Shown one piece after another: positions 30,832-40,274 of a stretch of 64,000 bases of DNA; the first letter of the stretch is position 1, and each line of letters starts with the position of its first letter. Below the pieces are notes generated by a model. The model searched no databases, was not told where the DNA came from, and saw only the letters and a list, made by a program, of their open reading frames with translations. Position numbers and translations under genes: made by a program. The stretch comes from an uncultured Eubacteriales bacterium (GTDB lineage Bacteria; Bacillota_I; Bacilli_A; RF39; UBA660). The DNA lies in NCBI GenBank assembly GCA_905211265.1, contig CAJMAC010000005.1, positions 3,290 to 67,289 on the forward strand, written 5' to 3'.

Positions 30832-31083
30832 CTAATTATTAAATTTTTCTAGAAATAATGGTAAAATTAATTTCAATTTATCTTCCCCAGTTATTTCTTC
30901 AATTAATAGTTTACCATCTTCATCATTTACTGTAACTATTTTATAATTATCTTTAATATCAGTATGCATTTGATTTACTTCTGCTATGTAATAATAGCTT
31001 TTATTTCCATATATTACTTTCTCTACAATTAAATATTGTTCATCGTTACCTAAGGTAATTACATTATTTATATCTAAATTCAT
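30832..31083 (-). CDS. DUF1292 family small protein
   Basis: 83 aa. ITLxDEDG / YxIVxVNDEDGKLL pattern typical of DUF1292. Confidence 0.5.
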   Translation of the reverse strand: MNLDINNVITLGNDEQYLIVEKVIYGNKSYYYIAEVNQMHTDIKDNYKIVTVNDEDGKLLIEEITGEDKLKLILPLFLEKFNN

Positions 31084-31095
31084 AATTCTCCCTTT

Positions 31096-33087
31096 CTAAT
31101 TTGGAAATATTCCATTTAAGTCAAATTTTTCTAAATTACTATTATCAGGCCATTTAAATTTGTCACTGTCATTATCTACTGGTAATTTCTTTTCTTCAAT
31201 TGTAGGCATTACTGGTTCAGGGAATATCACATTACCACCACCATTGTTTGTTTCAAATACATTACTATTATTAATATTGTTATTAAAGATATCATTTTGT
31301 TTGTTAGTTTCAAATATATTATTTGGTTGTTCCTTTTCAAAAATATCATTTGATTTATTATTTTCAAATATATTAGTTACTTTATTATTTCCGAAAATAT
31401 CGTTTGGTCGTTCTTTTTCAAAGATGTTATCTTCTTTCTTCATTTCAGGAACAGTTGTTGTATTTTCTTGTTTTACTTCTTCTTTTGGAGTATTATCTTT
31501 AAATAAATCATCTAATGGTAATTTTACTTCTTGTTGTGGTTCTTCACTACTTGATTTCATTTCTGCAAACTCTGTTGGTGTCCAGAATAAATCATCATTA
31601 GTTTCTATTTGTTTTGGTTCTTCTTTAACTACTGGTTCTGGCTTTTTCTTTTTAGTGTCTATTCCTAGCATATCTGCTACTCTTTTCATTACACTTATTG
31701 ATTTTAATCTAGATAATCCAAAGTTCATAGACATAATCATTTCTGATGATTTAATTTGATTTGGTAAGTATGTTTCTTCTAATGGTTCTACTTCTTGTGT
31801 TTCTTCTACATCTTCATCTTTACTGTTTGCTTCATCCATTAAATCTTTAAATAAACTATCTGTTTTAGATTCTTCTATCTCAGGTTCAGTTTCTAAAATG
31901 TCTTCTTTAACTAAATCTTCTAATGGCTCTGGTTGTTCTTCTTTTTCATCTTCAAATAGATAATCTTTATCTAATGATTCATCATCATGATCATAAGTAT
32001 CTATTAAATGAAATTCTTTTAATATTGATAATACTTCTGGTTTTTTAACTTCTTTATTTAATTCTTCTAATCTATTTTCTTTTAATTTAATTCTTTCTGT
32101 TAAAACATTTATATTATCTGTATTAGATTTTTCTTCTTCTATTTCATGAGATTGTTCTTCAACTAAATCATATATAGGTAATAATAAATCTTTTTCTTTT
32201 ATATTCATATCTTTTCTTAGAGTTAATCTTTCTTTTAATAATGTTTTTACATTAGTTCTTTTAGTAAATAAATTACTATATTCTTTTTCTTTCTTTTCAA
32301 TTAATTCATATAACTCTAATAATATTTCTTTTTCTTTTACATAATAGTAATTCCTTTTTGAATTTTCTACATATGAAGCATATTCTAATTCTAAGTCTCC
32401 ACTTATACCTGAAGTCTTTAAATTATCAAAAGCTGTTACAAAGGTATCTTTTTGATCTTTAGCTTCATTTATTTCTTTTGCTATTTTATTTAATTCTTCA
32501 TCTATATCTTCAACTTTAGTTAATGATTGTAAATCCATTTCATATAAAGTATTGATATAATCAGTATATAATTTATCTTCTAAATTAACATTTTTTTCTT
32601 CATTAGATTTCTTTTTATCAAATTCATTAGATAATTCATCTTCTAGATATGTTAATTCTTTTTTATTTACTTCGATTGTTCTAGAATTATCTAAATAACT
32701 TTTAATCAAATTTAATCTTTTTTCATATAAATCTAATTCACTTGATTTTTCTATATATTCTAAATCATTTAATTCTTTACCTGTTACATTCTTATAATCA
32801 GATTGTAAACTTTTTCTTTGTTCTATTCTATCTTTTATAAATTCTACTAATTTCTTTAATCTTTCTACTTCTTCTTCAAGAGTGCTTGTACTATAAAACA
32901 TACTCTCTAATTTTTCTTCATAATCTTCGGTATACATTTTATCTAGATTTATTGAAGCATCTTTAAATTTAGATAATGTTAATTCATCTACTTCATCTTG
33001 ACTTAACAAAACACTCATTCTTAGTATTTTATATAAATCTAACTTTACTTTTTCCTTATCTGTTAAGGATTCATCATGTTTTAACAT
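31096..33087 (-). CDS. Large coiled-coil protein (paralogue A) with an acidic E/K-rich rod and C-terminal N(D/N)IF tandem repeats
   Basis: 663 aa. N-terminal about 130 aa homologous to the adjacent 505-aa protein. Heptad-rich, no enzymatic motif. C-terminus encoded by 6 imperfect 27-33-bp DNA repeats (31246-31440). Confidence 0.5.
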   Translation of the reverse strand: MLKHDESLTDKEKVKLDLYKILRMSVLLSQDEVDELTLSKFKDASINLDKMYTEDYEEKLESMFYSTSTLEEEVERLKKLVEFIKDRIEQRKSLQSDYKNVTGKELNDLEYIEKSSELDLYEKRLNLIKSYLDNSRTIEVNKKELTYLEDELSNEFDKKKSNEEKNVNLEDKLYTDYINTLYEMDLQSLTKVEDIDEELNKIAKEINEAKDQKDTFVTAFDNLKTSGISGDLELEYASYVENSKRNYYYVKEKEILLELYELIEKKEKEYSNLFTKRTNVKTLLKERLTLRKDMNIKEKDLLLPIYDLVEEQSHEIEEEKSNTDNINVLTERIKLKENRLEELNKEVKKPEVLSILKEFHLIDTYDHDDESLDKDYLFEDEKEEQPEPLEDLVKEDILETEPEIEESKTDSLFKDLMDEANSKDEDVEETQEVEPLEETYLPNQIKSSEMIMSMNFGLSRLKSISVMKRVADMLGIDTKKKKPEPVVKEEPKQIETNDDLFWTPTEFAEMKSSSEEPQQEVKLPLDDLFKDNTPKEEVKQENTTTVPEMKKEDNIFEKERPNDIFGNNKVTNIFENNKSNDIFEKEQPNNIFETNKQNDIFNNNINNSNVFETNNGGGNVIFPEPVMPTIEEKKLPVDNDSDKFKWPDNSNLEKFDLNGIFPN

Positions 33088-33099
33088 ACTTACACCTTC

Positions 33100-34617
33100 C
33101 TATTCTTTTATTTTTATCTCAGGGAATAAATCTTCTTGTAAAAATATATCTTTTTCTTCTTTTTTTTCTTTAATCGCAATATCTTCTCCAACTTTCTCAG
33201 GTGTTAAATTGTTACTTTTAATTATTGGAATTGCGTCAGACTCTAAAACTGAATTAAATGATACAATATTTTCTTTTGGTAATTCTTTTGGTTCTTCTTT
33301 TTTTATTTGTTCTTTTGGTACTTCTTCTTTTGGAAGACTTGAACTTATACTATTATAACTTACTTTTTGTTCTAGTTCATTATCTTTCTTTATCAATGTT
33401 TTTCTTTGTTGTTCAAGTAATTTTTTAGTACGAGTCTCTTGTTCTTTCTTTCTTTCTTCGATTATTAGTTGCTGACGTTTTCTACGCTCATCTTCAAGTC
33501 TTTTTTCTTCGATTAATCTTCTTTGTCGTTCTTCGTATTCTTGTTTTCTTTGTTCTTGTAAACGCTCTTCTTGTTTTTTTCTTTCATTAACTAATAATTC
33601 ATCTAAAACTTCTCTAAATTCATCTGAGTTATTTTCTTCATTAATTTGTTCTAATTCACTAAATTTTCTTTCTCTTTCACTTACTAATGTTTCATAAGTA
33701 TTTATATCTTGTTTTTCTATTTTTATTGTATTATATTGTTTATTTAATTCTTCTCCTACTATATTGTATAAATGACTACTAGATATTTCATTTAATATAT
33801 CATTCATTTCTTCACGTTTATTTAATAATTGTTCATAATCACTTATTACATTATCATATATTTCCATTAATCTTAAGGTATATTTCTTTTCTTTTACTTT
33901 TTCATACTCTAATGTTATCGAAGAAAGTAAACTATCACATTCAATAATTAAATTTTCTTTTCCTTCGGCTTTAGCTTTCTTTACATTTTCTTTAGCCTTT
34001 TGTAATGAAAACTCTAATTCATTATAAGCTGACTCTATTTCTTCTTTTGAATCAGTTAATTTATATAATTCTAATCTTTCAAATGTCTTAGTAAGCATAT
34101 TAATCATTTTCTTTTCTAATGTTGTATTTAAGTTTTTATTGTTTTTTATTTTCTTAACTGCTTCGCTTATTTTTGAATCTAAATCATTTATTTCTATACT
34201 TAAACTATTTTCTTTCTTTTTATTTTCATTAAACTTATCTATAATTTTAATATTTCTTTTAAATTCTCCAAGTTTATCTTCACCCATTACTTTTGGATAA
34301 GATACACTATATCCAGTAAGTTCTTTATGTCTATTTCTTTTTTCTTTAATATATTCTATTCTATCTTCAATTAATTTAATTAGACATAATAATCTTTCTT
34401 TTTCTTCATTAATTAAGTATGTACTACTACCTAATAATAACATATATTCTTCTTCATATATAGAATTAGTTTCTTCGAAAATACGTTCTAATAGTTTATT
34501 CATTTGATTATATATTTTATCTTTATCTTCACTTGAAGTCATAATACTCAAGCTTTTTAAAAACATTTCATATTGTCTTAATAATTGTGTAACTTGACGA
34601 CTAGTGTATTCTAGCAT
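33100..34617 (-). CDS. Large coiled-coil protein (paralogue B) with an ERRKRQ-type charged C-terminal rod
   Basis: 505 aa. Shares an N-terminal block with the 663-aa protein (STYLINEEKERLLCLIKLIEDRIEYIKEKRNRHKELTGY versus STLEEEVERLKKLVEFIKDRIEQRKSLQSDYKNVTGK). Confidence 0.5.
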   Translation of the reverse strand: MLEYTSRQVTQLLRQYEMFLKSLSIMTSSEDKDKIYNQMNKLLERIFEETNSIYEEEYMLLLGSSTYLINEEKERLLCLIKLIEDRIEYIKEKRNRHKELTGYSVSYPKVMGEDKLGEFKRNIKIIDKFNENKKKENSLSIEINDLDSKISEAVKKIKNNKNLNTTLEKKMINMLTKTFERLELYKLTDSKEEIESAYNELEFSLQKAKENVKKAKAEGKENLIIECDSLLSSITLEYEKVKEKKYTLRLMEIYDNVISDYEQLLNKREEMNDILNEISSSHLYNIVGEELNKQYNTIKIEKQDINTYETLVSERERKFSELEQINEENNSDEFREVLDELLVNERKKQEERLQEQRKQEYEERQRRLIEEKRLEDERRKRQQLIIEERKKEQETRTKKLLEQQRKTLIKKDNELEQKVSYNSISSSLPKEEVPKEQIKKEEPKELPKENIVSFNSVLESDAIPIIKSNNLTPEKVGEDIAIKEKKEEKDIFLQEDLFPEIKIKE

Positions 34618-34683
34618 ACAACCACCTCTATAATAATTATATAATAAATTTAATTTTTGTCAATTGAATTAGAAAAAAAACTA

Positions 34684-35586
34684 CTAATTTTCATTAATAG
34701 TTTTATCTTTTATACTTTTATACTCATTAATTAAATCTTTTGTTTTATATATATAATCAAAAAATTTTCTACACTTTATACTATTTTTATACTCACTACT
34801 ATCTAAAACTAATTTTTCAGGTATAGACATTAAAATAAATAACATCTTCCTTTCTTCATTAGTTAAAGGATATCTAGATTCATAATAGTTAAATAATTCA
34901 TAGAAATCAAAGTCTAAATAATATTTCTTATATAAAGTTAACAAATCATATATAGGCATATCTATTTTATTTTTATTCCAACTTATTAAATATGGTTTAT
35001 CATTTTTTATATAATGATCTAGACTTAAATTATTATGAATATTAACTACTCTTATTTTTCTTTTATCTTTTATTAATTCATACCAAGAATCTACTTCATA
35101 TTTACAATAATTAATTGTTTCAAATATTTTATTTATATTTCTTGCAATAATATAATTAGAAGGAGACATATAAATATTTTTTTCTATTAAAGTTATAATG
35201 TCATTATAATAATTAAATAGATATTCTAGTTTTTTATTTATTGTTTCATATAAATATTTATAATTGTCAATATCTACTTCCTTATAAAAAGTTGTTTTAG
35301 AATGTAAAATACTTGTTAAAGTTATAATATCTAGTATTCTTTGTTCAGAAGGTTCATTTACATCTTCGACATATTCATAGACATTATAGTCATTATCTTT
35401 ATATATTATTTTTGGAAAATAATCAAAACTTCTAGAAAGCAAATAATTATATGTATCTAATATATTAGGATTATCTTTTTTTATTACTAATCTAGTATTT
35501 TCATTTTCTATTATTTTAGCACTATTTTTTAAAGTTATTTTTTTTGCTTTATATTTATTTATAATGTTTTTTAAATTATTTTCCAT
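34684..35586 (-). CDS. CotS/YutH-like spore-coat kinase-fold protein (aminoglycoside phosphotransferase-like)
   Basis: 300 aa. APH-like catalytic-loop remnant VNIHNNLSLDHYI and overall CotS/YutH length and organisation. Confidence 0.5.
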   Translation of the reverse strand: MENNLKNIINKYKAKKITLKNSAKIIENENTRLVIKKDNPNILDTYNYLLSRSFDYFPKIIYKDNDYNVYEYVEDVNEPSEQRILDIITLTSILHSKTTFYKEVDIDNYKYLYETINKKLEYLFNYYNDIITLIEKNIYMSPSNYIIARNINKIFETINYCKYEVDSWYELIKDKRKIRVVNIHNNLSLDHYIKNDKPYLISWNKNKIDMPIYDLLTLYKKYYLDFDFYELFNYYESRYPLTNEERKMLFILMSIPEKLVLDSSEYKNSIKCRKFFDYIYKTKDLINEYKSIKDKTINEN

Positions 35587-36268
35587 TGGTAGGAATAATT
35601 ATTTTATCTAATGGTTTAATATTAGTAATATCATTATATAATTCTAAATCCTCTTTAGTTATTTTATATTTATCTAATATTTTATCTATAGTATCTTCTT
35701 CCTTTACTACGTAAACATAATATGTTTTATATGTTTCATTACCTTCTACATTAAATAAATTATTGGTATTAATATTATTATTTATATTAATATTATCTTC
35801 ATTAATAATAGGATTATTTTTTACAATAGAATTATCTTCATTAATTATATTATCTTTAACTATATTTTTTTCTAATTCTATTTCTCTATCATTATCAATA
35901 ATTTTAGGTTCTTCTTTTTCTTCCCTTACTTCTTCTTTTTCTTCTTTTTCATCTGCTTCGATTAATAAATCTATACTTACATTTAGTAATTCATTATTTA
36001 CTATTTCATAATCAAAATTATCAATATCAACTTTTAGTGTACTAATATCATATTTTGAATTTAAAGCAATATCAAATGGTAAATTAAAATCATATTTTTC
36101 TCTATTTATACTTCCTTCGGTCATTTTATATTCACCATTAATTAGAAATTCTCCACTTACTAAATCATCTGAAGTACTAATAATTTTGTGTTCTAATGAT
36201 ATTGATGTTATTTCACTTACCTTAGTTTTAAATAATAAATCTTTTTTAAATGATACAATTTTTTTCAT
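35576..36268 (-). CDS. LysM domain protein with a DUF3794/SipL-like N-terminal region and an acidic linker
   Basis: 230 aa. C-terminal LysM (YVVKEEDTIDKILDKYKITKEDLELYNDITNIKPLDKIIIP). First gene of the long minus-strand operon. Confidence 0.55.
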   Translation of the reverse strand: MKKIVSFKKDLLFKTKVSEITSISLEHKIISTSDDLVSGEFLINGEYKMTEGSINREKYDFNLPFDIALNSKYDISTLKVDIDNFDYEIVNNELLNVSIDLLIEADEKEEKEEVREEKEEPKIIDNDREIELEKNIVKDNIINEDNSIVKNNPIINEDNININNNINTNNLFNVEGNETYKTYYVYVVKEEDTIDKILDKYKITKEDLELYNDITNIKPLDKIIIPTNGK

Positions 36269-36291
36269 ATAATCTTTCCTTTCTCAGTTAA

Positions 36292-36319
36292 AATATATGA
36301 AAGATTAATAAAAATATGC
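36292..36319 (-). promoter_or_regulatory. Candidate sigma-E-type (mother-cell) promoter for the LysM / kinase / coiled-coil operon
   Basis: Minus strand GCATATT (-35-like), about 13-14 nt, CATATATT (-10-like) matches the sigma-E consensus kmATATT-N14-CATACAhT. An adjacent perfect inverted repeat ATGTTGC-N7-GCAACAT lies at 36332-36352. Confidence 0.3.
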
Positions 36320-36494
36320 AAAAATATATAAATGTTGCATATTTGGCAACATAAAATATATAAAAGATGTGTTACAATAAGTATGTATTTTAAATAATTT
36401 TTGCGTTTAAGTTATGTATTCATTAATATAGTGCTTACTTTTTAAAGAAAAATTATTTTGATATAAGATATATTATATATCTTAGGAGGGTTAT

Positions 36495-36740
36495 ATGGAA
36501 TACTATGATACATTTAGAAAAACTTTTGAACTAGAAGCATTTCAATTAGCAGACTTTGTAGAAAACTATGACAATAGTAAAAAGAAACTAGACTGGGGAG
36601 ATGTCAATAACGAAGGACTTGATTACTTAGGGATTAAAGGCATAAAAAAAAGAAATAAAATTTTATCACAAGCCGTTAGAGAATTAACCTATCGTGGATA
36701 CTCTATTGATTCAAATCCATTTAGATTAGAAAAGTATTAA
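36495..36740 (+). CDS. Hypothetical small protein (81 aa)
   Basis: Strong ribosome-binding site AGGAGGG 8 nt before ATG. Its stop overlaps the convergent sigE stop. Confidence 0.4.
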   Translation: MEYYDTFRKTFELEAFQLADFVENYDNSKKKLDWGDVNNEGLDYLGIKGIKKRNKILSQAVRELTYRGYSIDSNPFRLEKY

Positions 36741-37426
36741 TTTTTAATTATTTGCGAAAGTCTTTTGATGACTTTTTTTTCTATTCTAGAAATATATGAT
36801 TGGCTTATTCCAAGTAAATCCGCGACTTCTTTTTGAGTTAATTCTTCTTTTCCATTTATTCCATATCTAAGTTCTATTATTTCTTTATCTCTATTATTTA
36901 ATTTTTGAATTTCTTCCTTTAAGAGTTTTTTATCAAATTCATCTTCGATTGGTTTTGTTACTATATTATCTTCAGTACCTAAAATATCTTCTAGATGTAA
37001 TTCATTACCTTCGCTATCAAAAGACAAACTATCTTCGAAAGAGACTTCGGTCTTTTTTCTTTTTGTTTTTCTTAAATACATTAATATTTCATTATCTATA
37101 CATCTTGAAGCATAAGTTGCTAACTTAATATTTTTATCTAATTTATATGTATTTACTCCTTTGATTAATCCTATTGTACCAATAGATACTAAATCTTCTA
37201 AATCTACTTTAGTATTTTCATATTTCTTTGCTAAGAATACTACTAATCTTAAATTACGCTCTATTAAAATATTTCTAGCATTATTATCACCTTCCAAAAA
37301 CTTTTCTACATATTTTATTTCTTCTTCCTTAGATAATGGTTCTGGTAATATATCACTACTTCCTACATAAAATACTACGTTAAATTTTTTTAATACTTTT
37401 TTAATTATTTGAATTATTCTTTTCAT
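36737..37426 (-). CDS. sigE: Sporulation sigma factor SigE (pro-sigma-E)
   Basis: 229 aa. N-terminal pro-sequence then YVGSSDILPEPLSKEEE, sigma-70 regions 2 and 4. Directly downstream of spoIIGA. Confidence 0.85.
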   Translation of the reverse strand: MKRIIQIIKKVLKKFNVVFYVGSSDILPEPLSKEEEIKYVEKFLEGDNNARNILIERNLRLVVFLAKKYENTKVDLEDLVSIGTIGLIKGVNTYKLDKNIKLATYASRCIDNEILMYLRKTKRKKTEVSFEDSLSFDSEGNELHLEDILGTEDNIVTKPIEDEFDKKLLKEEIQKLNNRDKEIIELRYGINGKEELTQKEVADLLGISQSYISRIEKKVIKRLSQIIKN

Positions 37427-37429
37427 ATT

Positions 37430-38242
37430 CTATCCTTTCATAATACTTTTTTCCATTAATTTTGTATGTAATATACAATCCACTCCATCAATATTTATAT
37501 TATCTTCACTTATACCTATTAAAAAATTTGTTTTAATTCCTATTTTATCTATATATATTTTTTCAGGTATAATACATTTTAATAACCCATGATTATTTAA
37601 TGAATCATAAGGTACTAATAAAATATTATTATAATTAACTTTTATTTTAGATTTATCTACTAAAATTATTGGTCTATTTTTATATGGATCTACTAAATGA
37701 TTACCAGTATCAAGATATCCTGTTAAAGAATATTTTGTTTTATCTTTTAAATATATATCTATATTATAATAATTACTATATTTAGTTTTAATATTTTTCA
37801 TTTCTTTTATATAGATAAATATTATTAATGGTGATAATATTAATAACGATATAAGATTAGTATATACTCCACTTTTTAAATAAGATAATTCATTATATTT
37901 TTCTATTATATTAGTACTAATTAAATATATTGTTCCTCCAAGAAAAATACTTAATGTATATAAATAGAATAAATTTTTAAATGTATATCTTAAATTATTA
38001 AATTTACAACATATTATTACCATTATTAAAGAAGTTAATACTTTTATTAAAGCTAAATAATAAGATGGTAATTTATAATAAAAAGATAATATTGTAATTG
38101 AACCAATTAAACTTGCTAGTAATAATCTTTTTAAATTAGTTTGTCTACGTAGTAATAAACATAGACCAAATAATAAAATAAAGTCTATTATAAAGTTAAT
38201 TATTATTACTACTTCAATATATACTTTCATTTTTATCACCAT
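37430..38242 (-). CDS. spoIIGA: Sigma-E processing peptidase SpoIIGA
   Basis: 270 aa. N-terminal multi-TM region and C-terminal aspartic protease motif GYLDTGNHLVDP. Confidence 0.8.
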   Translation of the reverse strand: MVIKMKVYIEVVIIINFIIDFILLFGLCLLLRRQTNLKRLLLASLIGSITILSFYYKLPSYYLALIKVLTSLIMVIICCKFNNLRYTFKNLFYLYTLSIFLGGTIYLISTNIIEKYNELSYLKSGVYTNLISLLILSPLIIFIYIKEMKNIKTKYSNYYNIDIYLKDKTKYSLTGYLDTGNHLVDPYKNRPIILVDKSKIKVNYNNILLVPYDSLNNHGLLKCIIPEKIYIDKIGIKTNFLIGISEDNINIDGVDCILHTKLMEKSIMKG

Positions 38243-38257
38243 ATATATTATAAAAAA

Positions 38258-38285
38258 AACATGACAAGAATTATGTCATATTTTA
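38258..38285 (-). terminator. Rho-independent terminator after the topoisomerase B gene
   Basis: Hairpin ATGACA...TGTCAT followed on the minus strand by a T-run (A-run 38252-38259 on plus). Confidence 0.5.
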
Positions 38286-38289
38286 ATTT

Positions 38290-40203
38290 TTAAGCATTTT
38301 TTATTTTATATGAATCTTCCAATGAAAATTCTACATTTTCTTCAATCCAATTTTTTCTTGGTTCAACAGCATCTCCCATAAGTACTGATACTCTTTTTTC
38401 TGCTAAGGCTACATCTTCAATATTTACTTTAACCATATTTCTTTTTTCAGGATTCATTGTAGTATCCCATAACTGACTAGCATTCATTTCTCCTAGTCCT
38501 TTGTATCTTTGTACTTTATAGTTTTGCTTACCACTAGTTAGTTCTTTTAGTTCTTCATTACTCCATAAATAATGTTCTTTTGAACCTATTGTTACTTTAT
38601 ATAAAGGTGGCATTGCTATAAATAAATGTCCATCTTCGATTAATGGTCTCATATATCTATAAAAGAATGTTAATAGTAAACATTGAATATGTGCTCCATC
38701 ATCATCGGCATCGGTCATTATAACAACTTTACCATAACAAATATCTTTTAGATTAAAGTTTGCTCCATAACCTGCACCAATTGTATGAATTAAAGTATTT
38801 ATTTCTTCATTTTTAAATATATCTTCAATTTTAGCTTTTTCTGTATTTAATACTTTACCTCTAAGTGGTAATATTGCTTGTGTTTTTCTATCTCTACCTT
38901 GTTTAGCAGAACCTCCTGCTGAGTCACCTTCTACTATAAATAGTTCTCTTGCTAGTTTATCTTTTGTTTGAGCAGGAGTTAATTTAGCACTAAGCATTTT
39001 TTCTATTTTTTTACTATCTTTACCTTTTCTTGTTTCTTCTCTTGCTTTTCTTGCAGCTTCTCTTGCTTCTTTTCCTTTTAAAGCTTTTGATACTATAATT
39101 GTAGCAATTTGTTTATTTTCTTCAAGAAAGTATTTTAATTTTTCAGAAGTAATTGATTCTACAATAGTTCTTGCTACTGGTGTACCTAATTTAGATTTAG
39201 TTTGTCCTTCGAATTGTAAGATATCTTCTGGTATTTGAACACTTATAATTGCTGTTAATCCTTCTCTTACATCTGTTCCTTCAAAAGATTTATCTTTATT
39301 TTTAACAAAGTTATTTTCTTTTGCATAGTCATTTAATACTTTTGTTATTGCTGTTTTAAATCCCACTTCATGAGTTCCACCATCACTTGTTTTTACATTA
39401 TTAACAAATGATACAATATTTTCATTATAAGAATCAGTATATTGCATAGCAATATTTACATTTACTTTATCTTTGGTACTATTAAAGCATAATACTTTAT
39501 GTACTGGATTTTTTCCTTCGTTTAAATATTCACAAAATGATTTCAATCCATTTTCATATAAATACTTTTCGCTTCTTCCATCAATTTCATTTTCTATTTC
39601 AATAGTTAATCCATTTACAAGAAAAGCACATTCTTGCATTCTTTCACATATTGTTGAAAAAGAAAATGTTGTTGTAGAAAATATTTCAGGATCAGGTTTA
39701 AATCTTACTGTTGTTCCTGTTTTGTTTGTAGTACCTATTTTCTTTAATGGAATTGCAACTTTTCCACCATTTTCAAATTTTATATAATACTCTCCACCAT
39801 CTCTACGAGTAGTTACTTCCATACTTACTGATAAGGCATTTACTACTGATGCACCAACACCATGTAATCCTCCACTTACTTTATATCCACCTTCAGAAAA
39901 TTTACCCCCAGCATGAAGTACTGTATAAATTACTTCTGGTGTTGATTTACCTGATTCATGCATACCTGTTGGTATACCTCTACCTTTATCAGTAACAGAT
40001 ATACTTCCATCTTTATGCATAATTATTTTTAAATGATTACCATATCCATTTATTGCTTCATCAACAGCATTATCTACTATTTCCCATATAAGATGATGTA
40101 ATCCTCTTTTATCTGTTGAACCAATATACATACCTGGACGCTTTCTTACTGCTTCAAGGCCTTCTAGTATTTTTATTGAACTTTCATCATATTTTGCTGC
40201 CAT
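38290..40203 (-). CDS. Type II topoisomerase ATPase (B) subunit, GyrB/ParE family
   Basis: 637 aa. GHKL ATPase motifs (GLHHLIWEIVDNAVDE, GGLHGVG), Toprim EGDSAGG, PLRGKVLN. Confidence 0.9.
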   Translation of the reverse strand: MAAKYDESSIKILEGLEAVRKRPGMYIGSTDKRGLHHLIWEIVDNAVDEAINGYGNHLKIIMHKDGSISVTDKGRGIPTGMHESGKSTPEVIYTVLHAGGKFSEGGYKVSGGLHGVGASVVNALSVSMEVTTRRDGGEYYIKFENGGKVAIPLKKIGTTNKTGTTVRFKPDPEIFSTTTFSFSTICERMQECAFLVNGLTIEIENEIDGRSEKYLYENGLKSFCEYLNEGKNPVHKVLCFNSTKDKVNVNIAMQYTDSYNENIVSFVNNVKTSDGGTHEVGFKTAITKVLNDYAKENNFVKNKDKSFEGTDVREGLTAIISVQIPEDILQFEGQTKSKLGTPVARTIVESITSEKLKYFLEENKQIATIIVSKALKGKEAREAARKAREETRKGKDSKKIEKMLSAKLTPAQTKDKLARELFIVEGDSAGGSAKQGRDRKTQAILPLRGKVLNTEKAKIEDIFKNEEINTLIHTIGAGYGANFNLKDICYGKVVIMTDADDDGAHIQCLLLTFFYRYMRPLIEDGHLFIAMPPLYKVTIGSKEHYLWSNEELKELTSGKQNYKVQRYKGLGEMNASQLWDTTMNPEKRNMVKVNIEDVALAEKRVSVLMGDAVEPRKNWIEENVEFSLEDSYKIKNA

Positions 40204-40274
40204 GTTATCACATCCTACTGATTATTTTATCATAAAACAAAAAAACAAGCAACTTTATTGTCACTTATTTTACA

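Noticed and set aside
31160-31759. Plus-strand 199-aa Ser/Phe-rich ORF
   Set aside because: It lies antisense to the low-complexity repeat region of the 663-aa coiled-coil gene. It is a translation artefact of the repeat composition.
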